Made by a program: the position numbers and the translations under genes. A model generated the notes under the pieces. It saw nothing but the letters and a program-made list of their open reading frames with translations. It made no database searches and was not told the DNA's origin. A stretch of 64,000 nt of DNA from Planctomycetota bacterium (GTDB taxonomy: Bacteria; Planctomycetota; UBA1135; UBA2386): positions 3,104,001-3,168,000 of the forward strand of contig OZ245838.1 in the NCBI GenBank assembly GCA_965228735.1, given 5' to 3'. Positions 32,433 through 42,489 of this stretch are shown in pieces; the stretch's first letter is position 1; each line of letters starts with the position of its first letter.

Positions 32433-33959
32433 ATGAACGTCTCCTTCCTCAAGACTCTCGGCATCGGCAAGACCAACCCCGGCGCCTTCGACGGCAAATG
32501 GCGCAAGACCAAGGGCGATACGCTCGACGTTCGGTCGCCGATCGACGGCAAGGTCAAGGCGACCGTCAAGATGGCGACCAAGGCCGACTACGCGGCCGTC
32601 AGCAAGGCCGCGCACGCCGCGTTCCAGCGTTGGCGCGAACTGCCGGCACCCCAGCGCGGTGAGTACGTGCGCCGGATCGGCGAGGCGTTCCGCGAGTACA
32701 AGGAGCCGCTCGGCAAGCTCGTCGCGCTCGAGGCGGGCAAGATCCTGCAGGAGGGCCTCGGCGAAGCGCAGGAGTGCATCGACATCGCGGACTTCGCGGT
32801 CGGCCTCTCGCGCCAGCTCTACGGCCTGACGATCGCGAGTGAGCGCCACCGCCACGCGATGCGCGAGAACTGGCACCCGCTCGGCACCGTCGGGATCATC
32901 ACGGCGTTCAACTTCCCGATCGCGGTCTGGGCGTGGAACTCGATGCTCGCGCTCGTCTGCGGCGACTCGTGCCTCTGGAAGCCGTCACTCAAGACGCCGC
33001 TGACGGCGATCGCGATGACGAAGATCGCGGCGGACGTTCTCGGCAAGGAGTGGGCGCCGCTCGTCGGACTCGTCATCGGCCCGGACCTCGAGGTCGGCAG
33101 CGCGCTGCTCGACGACCCGGCCGTGCCGCTCGTGTCCGCGACCGGCAGCACGCGCATGGGCCGCATCGTCGGCCCGCGCGTCGCGCAACGCTTCGGCAGG
33201 ACGCTGCTGGAGCTCGGCGGCAACAACGCGATCATCGTCATGGACGACGCCGACCTCGACCTCGCGACGCGCGCGATCGTGTTCGGCGCGGTCGGCACGG
33301 CCGGCCAGCGCTGCACGTCGACGCGCCGCGTGCTCGTGCACAAGAAGGTGCAGAAGAAGCTCGTCGAGCGCCTCGTGAAGGCCTACGGCAGCTGCAAGAT
33401 CGGCAACCCGCTGGACCAGAAGACCCTCGTCGGCCCGCTGATCGACGAGACGTCGGCGCAGGCGTTCGAACGCGCGATCGCTGCCGCAGAGGCGCAGGGG
33501 GGCAAGGTCGTGGTCGGCGGCAAGCGCGCCCGGGTCGCGCCGGCGATCAAGGGCGGCGCCTACGTGCAGCCGACGATCGTCACCTGCAAGGGCATGATCG
33601 ACATCGCGCGCGAGGAGACGTTCGCGCCGATCCTCTACGTGATGCCGATCGATTCGCTCGAGCAGGCGATCGCGATCAACAACGACGTGCCGCAGGGCCT
33701 GTCGAGCGCGATCTTCTCGAACAACGTGCGCGCGGCCGAACACTTCATCTCCGCGATCGGTAGCGACTGCGGCATCGCCAACGTGAACATCGGCACGAGC
33801 GGCGCCGAGATCGGCGGCGCGTTCGGCGGCGAGAAGGAGACCGGCGGCGGGCGCGAGAGCGGCTCGGACAGCTGGAAGGCCTACATGCGGCGCCAGACCT
33901 GCACGATCAACTGGGGCGACGAGCTGCCGTTGGCGCAGGGCATCGAGTTCGGCGGCTGA
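32433..33959 (+). CDS. Aldehyde dehydrogenase family 7 (alpha-aminoadipic semialdehyde / piperideine-6-carboxylate dehydrogenase-like)
   Basis: AFNFP, LELGGNN, GTAGQRCT, SDCGIANVNIGTSGAEIGGAFGGEKETGGGRESGSDSWKAYMRRQT and LPLAQGI motifs. Confidence 0.93.
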   Translation: MNVSFLKTLGIGKTNPGAFDGKWRKTKGDTLDVRSPIDGKVKATVKMATKADYAAVSKAAHAAFQRWRELPAPQRGEYVRRIGEAFREYKEPLGKLVALEAGKILQEGLGEAQECIDIADFAVGLSRQLYGLTIASERHRHAMRENWHPLGTVGIITAFNFPIAVWAWNSMLALVCGDSCLWKPSLKTPLTAIAMTKIAADVLGKEWAPLVGLVIGPDLEVGSALLDDPAVPLVSATGSTRMGRIVGPRVAQRFGRTLLELGGNNAIIVMDDADLDLATRAIVFGAVGTAGQRCTSTRRVLVHKKVQKKLVERLVKAYGSCKIGNPLDQKTLVGPLIDETSAQAFERAIAAAEAQGGKVVVGGKRARVAPAIKGGAYVQPTIVTCKGMIDIAREETFAPILYVMPIDSLEQAIAINNDVPQGLSSAIFSNNVRAAEHFISAIGSDCGIANVNIGTSGAEIGGAFGGEKETGGGRESGSDSWKAYMRRQTCTINWGDELPLAQGIEFGG

Positions 33960-33978
33960 ATCGGCCGATAGCGGACCC

Positions 33979-34923
33979 ATGTCGGACGCCGTCACCTTCC
34001 ACGTGCCCGCCAGCGCCAGCAACCTCGGTTCTGGCTTCGGCGTGCTCGCTCTGGCGCTCGACATGTCGCTCTCCATCACGGTCGAGCCGCGCACGGACGG
34101 TGAGATCGTCGTCGACCGCAAGGACGACCCGAGCGCACACCTCGACGATCCGCGGCACGACCCGGCACTCCGGGGCTTTCGCGCGGCCGTCGACGCGCTG
34201 GGCATCTCGCTCAAGAAGGGCGGCGCGACGGTGATCGTCGAGGGCGCGATCCCGCGCGGGACCGGCCTCGGCACGATCTCGGCCGGCTTCGCCGCGGGCT
34301 TCGGCGCCGCGGCCCGGATCGCCAAGAAGACCTGTTCGGTCGCGGCCGCGCTCGACCGGCTCGTGCCGCTCGGCGCCGACCCCGCCCACGCCGCGGCCGC
34401 GCTCGGCGGCGGCCTCTGCGCGACGACGCTACTGTCCGCGCCGGGCGACGGCGAGCTGAGACAGAACGTGCTGCCGCAGCCGATCGATCCGGACTGGCAC
34501 TACGTCGTCGCGATGCCCGACATCCAGATGGGCACGGCCGAGACCAAGCGCGTGCTGCCGCCGACGCTGCCGCACGCCGCGACGCCGCGCGCCGTCGGCC
34601 GCGCGATCGGTGTGCTGCACGCGCTCGAGAGCGGTGACGAGGAGCTGCTGCGCGCGTCCCTCGTCGACGAGGTGCACGTGCCGCACCGTCGTCGCCTCGT
34701 GCCCGGCCTGCACCGCTCGATCGCGGCTGCCGTCGACGCCGGCGCTGCCGGCGCGACGATCTGCGGCCACGGTCCCGGCGTCATCGCATTCACGACCGTC
34801 GACGGTCGCACGCCCGCGATCGCGAAGGCGATGGTCGAAGCGTTCGACGACGCGGGCTCGCGCGCGACGACGCTGACGCTGCAGACCGCGTTCTACGGCG
34901 CGTTGCCGACCGGGGCCGGCTAG
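33979..34923 (+). CDS. Homoserine-kinase-like GHMP kinase with divergent active-site motifs
   Basis: VPASASNLGSGF, IPRGTGLGT, DEVHVPHR and ICGHGP align with ThrB, but key residues differ. Confidence 0.75.
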   Translation: MSDAVTFHVPASASNLGSGFGVLALALDMSLSITVEPRTDGEIVVDRKDDPSAHLDDPRHDPALRGFRAAVDALGISLKKGGATVIVEGAIPRGTGLGTISAGFAAGFGAAARIAKKTCSVAAALDRLVPLGADPAHAAAALGGGLCATTLLSAPGDGELRQNVLPQPIDPDWHYVVAMPDIQMGTAETKRVLPPTLPHAATPRAVGRAIGVLHALESGDEELLRASLVDEVHVPHRRRLVPGLHRSIAAAVDAGAAGATICGHGPGVIAFTTVDGRTPAIAKAMVEAFDDAGSRATTLTLQTAFYGALPTGAG

Positions 34924-35116
34924 TCGTCGTTTCCAACCACGTTGTTCGGCCCGACGGACTGATCCGAGACCTGGGGGCTTCGTAGTCGAGGCCGCCATGC
35001 GGGAGTGCGTGGTTGTAGCAGCGCAACCAGGGCTGCAGAGCGAGGCGCCCGTTCGATGGCACCGACCGCTCCACCGGCGGCGCACGTTGCGGACAGGATC
35101 CGCCGATACCGGCAGC

Positions 35117-36067
35117 ATGCAGAAGCCCTGCCGCTCCGTGTTCGCCGCGATCCTCGCCATCGCAACGCAGCTTCCCGGTCAGTCCGACCCGGAGCTCGCG
35201 ATCCGCGTGGGCTCCGACGGCCTCACGCAGGCCGAGTTCGACGTCTACAAGAAGCGCGCTGCGCGCAAGCACCGGACGAGCTGGCGACGGCTCCCCGCGG
35301 CCGTCGTCGCCGAGCTGCGCGAGAACGCGATCGACGACGAGGTCATCTTCCAGACCGCGGTGAAGAGCGGCGCGCTGCGTGCGCCTGACATGAAGCGCAC
35401 GCTCGTCAGCTACTACGAGTCGTCGCAGACGACCGCCAAGGTCAGCCCGCGGCAGTACACCGCCGCGCAGATCCAGGCGTTCTACGACAGCCACCGCGGT
35501 GACTTCCGATCCGAGCCCGAGATCGAGGTCGCGGCCAGGGTGTTCCCGAAGGGCACGAGCAAGCGTGACATCGACACCTTCGTGCGCGCCGCCCGCACCA
35601 ACGCCGCGGGCCAGACGGGCTGGAAGCAGGCCGGCTGGGCCCGGCCCGGGGAGCGCTTCCGCACCCCGTTGACCGAGCAGCAGACCGCGACGCTGTTCGA
35701 TCTGCGCAAGGGCCAGCTGTCGCGCCCGCTCGTCGACTCGTTCGGCACCACCTACGTGTTCTGGGTGAAGGACACAAAGCCCGCGCGCCAGCTGAGCCTG
35801 CGCGAATGCCGGGCGAAGGTCGTGAACCACATGATCCGCAAAGAGCAGCGGCAGCACACGAAGACGATGAACGAGAAGCTCGGCGGCGGCCGCTCGGGCA
35901 ACCTCGAGGAGCAGAAGCTCGAGGCCGCGATCGCGGCGCGCATCCACCGCCAGTGGCACACCCGCCAGCGGATCATCAACACCTACGTCAACAGCCAGAA
36001 GGTGTCGAAGGCGCAGCTCAGCAAGCGCCTGCGGCCGCGGTTCCGCGTCGCGACGCCGCCGCGCTGA
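35117..36067 (+). CDS. Secreted PpiC/rotamase-like foldase (PrsA/SurA-like, degenerate)
   Basis: Signal peptide; IQAFYDSHRGDF...PE, LFDLRKGQLSRPL..SFG and ARQLSLRECRAKV motifs. Confidence 0.6.
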   Translation: MQKPCRSVFAAILAIATQLPGQSDPELAIRVGSDGLTQAEFDVYKKRAARKHRTSWRRLPAAVVAELRENAIDDEVIFQTAVKSGALRAPDMKRTLVSYYESSQTTAKVSPRQYTAAQIQAFYDSHRGDFRSEPEIEVAARVFPKGTSKRDIDTFVRAARTNAAGQTGWKQAGWARPGERFRTPLTEQQTATLFDLRKGQLSRPLVDSFGTTYVFWVKDTKPARQLSLRECRAKVVNHMIRKEQRQHTKTMNEKLGGGRSGNLEEQKLEAAIAARIHRQWHTRQRIINTYVNSQKVSKAQLSKRLRPRFRVATPPR

Positions 36068-36132
36068 GCGCCGGCAGTGGGCATCGCCGGGCCAACGCGA
36101 CAGCCCGCGGGCGCGCGGGTATCCTGGGCGGC

Positions 36133-37461
36133 ATGGCTCCCTCCCGTCGCCTCGCGCTCGCGCTCGGTCTTGCCGCCGCGACCCTCCCCGCCCAGGCCAA
36201 GGAACGTGAACCGGACGGCAAGGCGACCGGCAAGGTCTACGAGTGGAAGAGCAAGGACGGCCTCGCCTATCAATACTACCTGCCGAAGTCGTTCGACCCG
36301 GACCAGCCGATCAACCTCACGTTCATCCTGCACGGCTCGAACCTCGACCGCCGCTGGGGCTTCGCGAACCACAAGGCCGGCGACTTCCGCGCCGACGACT
36401 TCGTCGTGTCACCCGACGGCACGACCTCCAACGGCGGCACGGGATTCAACTTCCTGCAGGGCAAGAACGACCTCGAGCGACTGCACGCGCTGCACGAGGA
36501 GCTGAAGGAGCGGTTCAAGATCCGCGCGACGTATCTCTACGGCCACAGTCAGGGCAGCTTCTTCTCGTTCTACTACGCGGGCGCCTATCCGGACGACGTG
36601 CAGGGTGTCGTCGGCCAGGCCAGCGGCGTGTGGATCGGCACGCAGATGACGAAGAAGCACCACCACCAGGCCGTCGTGCTGATGCACGGCACCGCGGACC
36701 CGGTGGTCCCCTACGGCCAAAGCGTCGGCGGGCTGACGGCGTACGAAGAGGCCAGGTATCCGCACGTTCGCCTGCGCAGCCTCGACGGCTGGAACCACTG
36801 GCCGGCGCAGCCGCACACCGAGCAGCAGCTGGCCTGGTGCGAGGGCATGACGACCACGGACCCGACGCGCATGCAGGCCGCGCTGACGACGCTGGCCGAG
36901 GTCAAGCAGGGCGCCGACCCCGTTGCGCTGTATCAGGTCGCCGCGCGGGTCGCAGCGAGCGACGCGACCGACGACGCCGCGAAGAAGGTCGCGCAGCAGG
37001 CCATGCAGGACGTCGAGGCGTGCGCGGCGAGCCACGTGAAGGCGATCGGCAAGGGCGGCAAGAAGCTCGACGGCAAGCCCTGGGTCGGGCACGTGCCGCT
37101 GTTCTTGCGACATTTCCGCGGCGTGCCGGCGTGCGACGAGTTCGAGAAGGCGTGGGGCAAGCGCCTCGACAAGCAGAAGGACACGGCCAAGAAGCACGCG
37201 CGCGCGTTCTGGCAGAAGCGCGACAGCAAGGAGAAGGACGCGTTCGTGTCGGGCCTCGCGCTCGTGCAGGACGCCTACCTCACCGAGACCGCGAGCAACG
37301 AGAAGATCCTGTCGCAGCTCGAGGAGTGGGGCAACAGCGGCAAGGCCTTCGGGCTCTCGAAGAAGAACATCAAGGACTACAAGCGGGTCCTGCCGGCGAT
37401 GCGCAAGTCGCTGGACAAGGGCAAGAAGTCGTTCGAGAAGGTGAGCAAGCGGTTCCGCTGA
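36133..37461 (+). CDS. Secreted alpha/beta hydrolase with a helical Lys-rich C-terminus
   Basis: Signal peptide; LHG, GHSQG, HGTADPVVP and NHW motifs. Confidence 0.8.
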   Translation: MAPSRRLALALGLAAATLPAQAKEREPDGKATGKVYEWKSKDGLAYQYYLPKSFDPDQPINLTFILHGSNLDRRWGFANHKAGDFRADDFVVSPDGTTSNGGTGFNFLQGKNDLERLHALHEELKERFKIRATYLYGHSQGSFFSFYYAGAYPDDVQGVVGQASGVWIGTQMTKKHHHQAVVLMHGTADPVVPYGQSVGGLTAYEEARYPHVRLRSLDGWNHWPAQPHTEQQLAWCEGMTTTDPTRMQAALTTLAEVKQGADPVALYQVAARVAASDATDDAAKKVAQQAMQDVEACAASHVKAIGKGGKKLDGKPWVGHVPLFLRHFRGVPACDEFEKAWGKRLDKQKDTAKKHARAFWQKRDSKEKDAFVSGLALVQDAYLTETASNEKILSQLEEWGNSGKAFGLSKKNIKDYKRVLPAMRKSLDKGKKSFEKVSKRFR

Positions 37462-37512
37462 CCGTCTGCCCGAGATCGGGCAGCAGTCGGCGATTCGTGC
37501 GATACTGCCGGC

Positions 37513-38430
37513 ATGCGCCGCCACCTCGCCATCACTTCGACCCTGCTCGCCGCCGCCACGCTCGGCGCGCAGACGTGCGTCGACCAGTCCTACCTGCCGA
37601 ACCCGACGAACAACGGCCTCGAGATCACCGCCAACCAGAACGTGACGCAGACGTTCACCGCGGGGATGACGGGCCTGCTGACTCACGTCGAGATCAGCGA
37701 GCTGCGCCACCACCAGGGCCTCGCCCCGAATCCGCTGACCGTCGAGATCGTCGCCGTCGACGCGACAGGCACGCCGACGCTGACGGTGCTCGCGAGCGTG
37801 GTGTTCGCGCCGAGTGCCATCGCGACGACGAGCGGCCCGCTGCTCGTCGACGTGAGCGCAGCCGGGATCCAGGTCGCCCCCGGACTGCAGCTCGGCATCA
37901 AGCTCACGAGCCCCAACACGCAGAGTCAGCCGAGCTACGCCTGGTCGGGCACCGCCCCCGGCGGCGCCTATGCCGGCGGCCAGATCTTCATTCGCGACAC
38001 GATCGCCTTGTCGGTCTGGGACCTTTCGTTCCGCACGTTCGTCCACACCCCGGCGACGTTCCAGAACTACGGCACCGGTCACCCGGGCACGAGCGGCATC
38101 CCGACGCTGACGATGTCCGCGGCGCCGATCCTCGGCACCAACCCGAACATCCAGATCGGCGCGTCCGCCCCGCTCGTGCTCGGCGGCTTCCTCGTCTTCG
38201 GCTTCCAACGCGACAACGCCCCGACCGCGTTCGGCGGCACGGCGCTCGTCCAGCCACTGACCGCGCGCTTCCTGACGATCGCGCAGAACGGCGCGTTCCT
38301 GCCGTTCCCGGTCCCGTTCGACGCCTCGCTCTGCGCCGTCACCGTGAACCTGCAGTCCATCGCCTTCGACCCGGGCGCCTCCGCCGGCATCGCGTTCTCC
38401 CCGGGCCTCGAGCTGATCATCGGGACCTGA
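37513..38430 (+). CDS. Secreted beta-sandwich protein with the shared C-terminal domain
   Basis: Signal peptide ending LGA|Q; QTFTAG..G.L N-domain; terminal YGTG...PILG...VP...LQ...SPGLELIIG domain. Confidence 0.8.
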   Translation: MRRHLAITSTLLAAATLGAQTCVDQSYLPNPTNNGLEITANQNVTQTFTAGMTGLLTHVEISELRHHQGLAPNPLTVEIVAVDATGTPTLTVLASVVFAPSAIATTSGPLLVDVSAAGIQVAPGLQLGIKLTSPNTQSQPSYAWSGTAPGGAYAGGQIFIRDTIALSVWDLSFRTFVHTPATFQNYGTGHPGTSGIPTLTMSAAPILGTNPNIQIGASAPLVLGGFLVFGFQRDNAPTAFGGTALVQPLTARFLTIAQNGAFLPFPVPFDASLCAVTVNLQSIAFDPGASAGIAFSPGLELIIGT

Positions 38431-38488
38431 GCACGTTCTTGCAGCCGGCCCCGGATCTGGCTAGCGTGTGCGGCCCGCTCCGCGGAAC

Positions 38489-38565
38489 GGGCCGTTAACT
38501 CAGTTGGTTAGAGTGCGATCTTCACACGGTCGAAGTCGCTGGTTCGAATCCAGCACGGCCCACCA
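38489..38565 (+). tRNA. tRNA-Val(CAC)
   Basis: Acceptor stem GGGCCGT/ACGGCCC; D arm; anticodon stem CGATC/GGTCG with loop TT-CAC-AC; T loop GGTTCGAATC; encoded CCA. Confidence 0.96.
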
Positions 38566-38591
38566 TCTCTGGGAGACTCTGAACCAGAGAT
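38565..38591 (+). terminator. Hairpin directly after the tRNA (possible terminator or processing signal)
   Basis: ATCTCTGG...CCAGAGAT stem; no U-tract. Confidence 0.4.
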
Positions 38592-38782
38592 CGAGCACGC
38601 GGTTGGGTGGACCTGCGGCCCCGAGCGGCAGCGCGAAATCCGGAACGAACGAGTGCCCGGGCACTCGAAACCGTCACGGACGTTCGCATGTCACGCATGG
38701 CCTCGACTTGTTCACGGCGCAGGCGCCGCGCTGCACGAACACGATCGCAACCAGCGTGCAGTGACGGCTAGACTCGCGGCCC

Positions 38783-39706
38783 ATGGTCGCGATCGCGCTC
38801 ACGGGCGGCACCGGGCTGGTCGGCGCCGCGCTGCTGCCGAGGCTCGTCGAGGCGGGGCACACCGTCCGCGTGCTCGTGCGTCCGCGCGCGGACCGGCAGC
38901 TGCCGAAGCTGCCCGGCATCACGTGGATCGAGGGTCGCCTCGACGAACAGGACCCGCTCGACCAGCTGGTCCACGACGTCGACTGCGTCCTGCACATGGC
39001 TTACCTGCCCCCGATCGACTCGCCGGTCGCGGGGCGGTCGATGGCCGACCACTGGGTGCACACGAACCTGGTCGGCACGACGCGGCTGCTCGAGCGCACG
39101 GTCGACACGCGCGGCAAGCAGCTGATCTACGTCTCGAGCCTCGCGGTCTACGGCCGTGACCCCAACCAGGACCCGCTCGGCCGCCGCTTCCGCCGCGACG
39201 AGGACTACCCGCTGTGGCCGCTGGAATTCTACGGCTCGATGCGGGCGGCCTGCGAGAAGCTCGTGTTCACGGCGTCGCGCGCCTACCAGCTCAACACCAG
39301 CGTCTTCCGGCTCGGCAACGTCATCGGTCTGCGCGAGCCGTGGCAGGACAGCCCGCTGTTCGAGACCGTCGACGAGGCGGTCCGCTACGGCGACCTGCGC
39401 ACGCAGGTCGGCACGTATTCGATCTCGGTCGCCGACACCTGCCGGATCCTGATGGCGGCGCTCGGCGACGCGTCGCTGCAGGGCCGGGTCTTCAACACCT
39501 TCGACCGCTGGTTCGACCACGCCAGCCTGGCGCCCTGGCTGTCCGAGCTGCTCGGCAAGCCCGTCGGCGTGTCGTGCGCCGAGGCGCGCGAGCCCAGCGC
39601 GCCGATCCAGGGCGAGCGCATCCGCGAGCGCTACGCGACCTTCGACACCGAGCAGGCGATGCGCGAGCTGTGCGCGGAGCTGGTCTCGCGCTGCCTGCAG
39701 GCCTAG
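38783..39706 (+). CDS. NAD-dependent epimerase/dehydratase (extended SDR, atypical)
   Basis: TGGTGLVG, NLVGT and YVSSLAVYG motifs; catalytic motif reads YGSMR. Confidence 0.85.
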   Translation: MVAIALTGGTGLVGAALLPRLVEAGHTVRVLVRPRADRQLPKLPGITWIEGRLDEQDPLDQLVHDVDCVLHMAYLPPIDSPVAGRSMADHWVHTNLVGTTRLLERTVDTRGKQLIYVSSLAVYGRDPNQDPLGRRFRRDEDYPLWPLEFYGSMRAACEKLVFTASRAYQLNTSVFRLGNVIGLREPWQDSPLFETVDEAVRYGDLRTQVGTYSISVADTCRILMAALGDASLQGRVFNTFDRWFDHASLAPWLSELLGKPVGVSCAEAREPSAPIQGERIRERYATFDTEQAMRELCAELVSRCLQA

Positions 39707-39719
39707 ACCCGCTACCCCA

Positions 39720-40397
39720 GTGCGCCACGAAGGTGCACTCCGCGAGGCCGAGGATCTGATGATCTACTGGCTCACGGCCGAGGACGCCCCGCAGTTGCGA
39801 GAGTTCGCGCAGGTGCGACGACTGGTCGTCTGGCCCGGGGCGCCGAAGCCCGAGGATCCGCGCAAGCTCACGCCCGTGGACGATGCGATGTTCACGGTGC
39901 TGGCGGCCCATGACCTGGAAGAGCTCTACCTGCAGGACTGCCCCGGCATCACCGGCAACGGCATCGGCAAACTGCGCGTTCTGCGAAAACTCGAGATCGC
40001 GAGCGGCGTCGAGCTGTCCTCGGCTGCGATGCGAGAGATCGCCACGCTCGCGAACCTCGAGACGATCCAGCTGCCAGCCGACCTCTCGAAGGAGCACCTC
40101 GAAGCCCTTGCGGCCTCCACGAGCCTCGAGCCGACGGCAATGCACGTGGCGCCCCAGGCCGACAGCGCCCCCGAGCCGACCGACTGGCTGGAGCTCTTTC
40201 GCAGCCCTGTCGTCGAGCAGCTCGAAGTGCTGGTCCTGGCCGAAGGACTCTGCACCGACGAGATCGCGCAAACGCTGTCGAGGCTGCCATTGCAGAAGCT
40301 GTCCGTGCAGGTGAGCAACCCGGACACCGAGCGCGCCCTGGCAGTCTTCCAGAGCGCACGGCCCACCTGCGAGATCCGGCGCGACGGCCTGCGCTGA
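39720..40397 (+). CDS. Leucine-rich-repeat-like hypothetical protein (start uncertain)
   Basis: LEELYLQDCPGITGNGIGKL, LRKLEI, LANLETIQL and LEVLVL repeats. Confidence 0.6.
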   Translation: MRHEGALREAEDLMIYWLTAEDAPQLREFAQVRRLVVWPGAPKPEDPRKLTPVDDAMFTVLAAHDLEELYLQDCPGITGNGIGKLRVLRKLEIASGVELSSAAMREIATLANLETIQLPADLSKEHLEALAASTSLEPTAMHVAPQADSAPEPTDWLELFRSPVVEQLEVLVLAEGLCTDEIAQTLSRLPLQKLSVQVSNPDTERALAVFQSARPTCEIRRDGLR

Positions 40398-40454
40398 GAG
40401 GCGACGGAGCTTCGGCGAGAACGCCATCCCGGGGCGCAAATGCGTGCGCGACCG

Positions 40455-40550
40455 GAGCGGTATTCGCCAGAGTCGCGAGGCGCGGGCCCCGCCAAGCGGC
40501 AATTCCAACAGGCCATTGCCGAGTGGCTGGCGAACGGACGCCGGCCGCCG
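40455..40550 (+). pseudogene. Remnant of a planctomycete-type tyrosine integrase N-terminus
   Basis: YSPESR...QQAIAEWLANGRRP resembles the SPES...IAEWLANGR motif recalled from these integrases; no catalytic domain follows. Confidence 0.5.
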
Positions 40551-40581
40551 GCCGGCATCACCTGTCCCGCGCTCCGACCAA

Positions 40582-42276
40582 CTACGGCACGATGGTCATC
40601 CGTGTGGCGTTCGTGGTCCACGTCGTCGCGGACCAGTCGCTCGGGGTAATCGCCGCAGCGTGCTGAACGCTGAGCCCGACCAGGAAGCCGAGCGTCCCCG
40701 CCGGCAGGTTGATCGTGGCCTGCGCTGCGCCGTTGGCGTCGAGCTGCGCGAACGTGTTCGTGTAGGTGGCAGAGTTGGCGTTCTGCACGACGAAGTCGAA
40801 GTACCAGTCCTGGTTCAACGGCAGCACACGCGGCCCCAGTTGCAGCCCCGGCGCGAAGCCACTGGCCGAACCGAAGATGGCATAGGTCTGTCCGGCGAAC
40901 GCCGGGCCGGCGGTGATGTCGATCGTCTGCGTGCCACCCGCACCAGCCGAGATCTCGATCGGCGCCGCCGCCATCGTCGGCAGGGCGGGAGTGTAGACCC
41001 GCACGTTGCCGTTGCCGGTGGCCTGGTTGCTCGGGTTGACGTACGGGTTGTAGAGCGGTTCACCGACGCCGAGGTCCTCGAGACCGTCGTCGTTGGTGTC
41101 GCCGAGGTTGGCGACCGAGTAGCCATACCAAGTGCCCTGAAACGTCGTCGCGCGGCTCGATAGAGGGTTGCCCGTGTCACCGGACAGGACCTCGACGCGG
41201 CCGGCCGTTCCCGCGGACGACAGCGTGACCCGCCGGCCGACTGCACCGACCGCGATGTCACGCACGCCGTCGAGATCGATGTCCCCGGCGCTCGCGACCG
41301 AGAATCCGTACCGATCTTCGGTGTTGATACCAGCGCGCGAGAACCGCGGCACGAGAGTGGAGTTGGCGAAGTCGATCGCGAACGCCGTGATCGAGCCGGT
41401 CGAGTTCTGGTTCTGGCTCGGACCCGTCTGTGGTGAACCGCAGACGATGTCCATCGCACCGTCATCATCGAAATCGTCGGCGGCGATGGACGTGAACCGC
41501 GAAGTGGTCGAGGTGAAGCTTGCGAGCGGCGTCGAGCTGCCCATCGAGTGAATGACGATCTCGGATGAACTGTGGCCTTGGGGATACACGCCGGCCAACT
41601 CCACTGCACCGTCGGCATCGACATCGCCGAGCGCGGCGACGTTCACCGACCAGAACGACGTGGTGGAGAACGTGGCCAGCGCGTTGCCGGTAGCACCGTC
41701 GAAGACGGTGATGCCGAGACCGTCACTCGCCACCGCGTATTCACTCAGCTGATCACCGTCGATCGAGCCCAGCGAGACGATCGCCGCCGGGGAGTATCCG
41801 TTCGCCGGCACCGCAGTCTGGCGCAGCGTCGCGCCCGTGGCTCCCGACAGGATCGTGACGCGCTGATACGCGTGTTCGCCCACGCCGACGTCCGGCACAC
41901 CATCGCCGTCGATATCGCCGACCCTGGCGACGAGCGGCACGTACGGAAAGAACGACCCGATCGGCCAGGGGAACGTGCGCGACCAGAGTTGCGCGCCAGT
42001 CGATCCCGAATACGCGATCGCCGTGCCCCTTCCCGCAACGACGAAGTCCGCGGCGAAGTCGCCATCGATGTCGGCGAGCGGGCACATGTGGGTGCCGAGG
42101 TCACTGGGCGTATTGGGGCTCGACCCGATCAACAGGAGAAGGCGGTCGGCCTCGGCCGGAGGCTGGGCATGTGCGAAGCCGACGAGCGCGGCAACGGGAG
42201 CGAGCGAGCGGAGCAGAGAGCGGATCGCCGGTCCCGCGGACCGGCGCCTGGGAATGTAGCTTGGTTCGTTGAACAT
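40582..42276 (-). CDS. Secreted FG-GAP/integrin-alpha repeat protein with a variant C-terminal domain
   Basis: Signal ending AHA|Q; repeated GD(I/V)DGDG..D and YG.SVA motifs. Confidence 0.85.
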   Translation of the reverse strand: MFNEPSYIPRRRSAGPAIRSLLRSLAPVAALVGFAHAQPPAEADRLLLLIGSSPNTPSDLGTHMCPLADIDGDFAADFVVAGRGTAIAYSGSTGAQLWSRTFPWPIGSFFPYVPLVARVGDIDGDGVPDVGVGEHAYQRVTILSGATGATLRQTAVPANGYSPAAIVSLGSIDGDQLSEYAVASDGLGITVFDGATGNALATFSTTSFWSVNVAALGDVDADGAVELAGVYPQGHSSSEIVIHSMGSSTPLASFTSTTSRFTSIAADDFDDDGAMDIVCGSPQTGPSQNQNSTGSITAFAIDFANSTLVPRFSRAGINTEDRYGFSVASAGDIDLDGVRDIAVGAVGRRVTLSSAGTAGRVEVLSGDTGNPLSSRATTFQGTWYGYSVANLGDTNDDGLEDLGVGEPLYNPYVNPSNQATGNGNVRVYTPALPTMAAAPIEISAGAGGTQTIDITAGPAFAGQTYAIFGSASGFAPGLQLGPRVLPLNQDWYFDFVVQNANSATYTNTFAQLDANGAAQATINLPAGTLGFLVGLSVQHAAAITPSDWSATTWTTNATRMTIVP

Positions 42277-42390
42277 GACAGATGTCGGAAGTTCGTAGGA
42301 GGTTCGGTAAAGGACGACATGCGCCAGGGCGCACGCCAGCGTTCGTGTCGCGGCGCCAGGCGAAAGTTCTGCGATCCTCGGAGGCCGCAC

Positions 42391-42489
42391 TTACGCGCGC
42401 GGGAATCGCGCCCGATACGGCAGCGACAGCACCCATTGCCGCACCGGCACCCGGGGATCACCCTGGTCGACGAGCCACGCCGCCGGGTC
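42391..42489 (-). pseudogene. IS91-family transposase fragment
   Basis: AAWLVDQGDPRVPVRQWVLSLPYRARF resembles the AAxLVD..LP.VPVRQWVLSLP..LR motif of IS91-type transposases. Confidence 0.7.

Noticed and set aside
33979..34923. Assigning the gene symbol thrB
   Set aside because: Key homoserine-binding motifs are altered, so the symbol was withheld.
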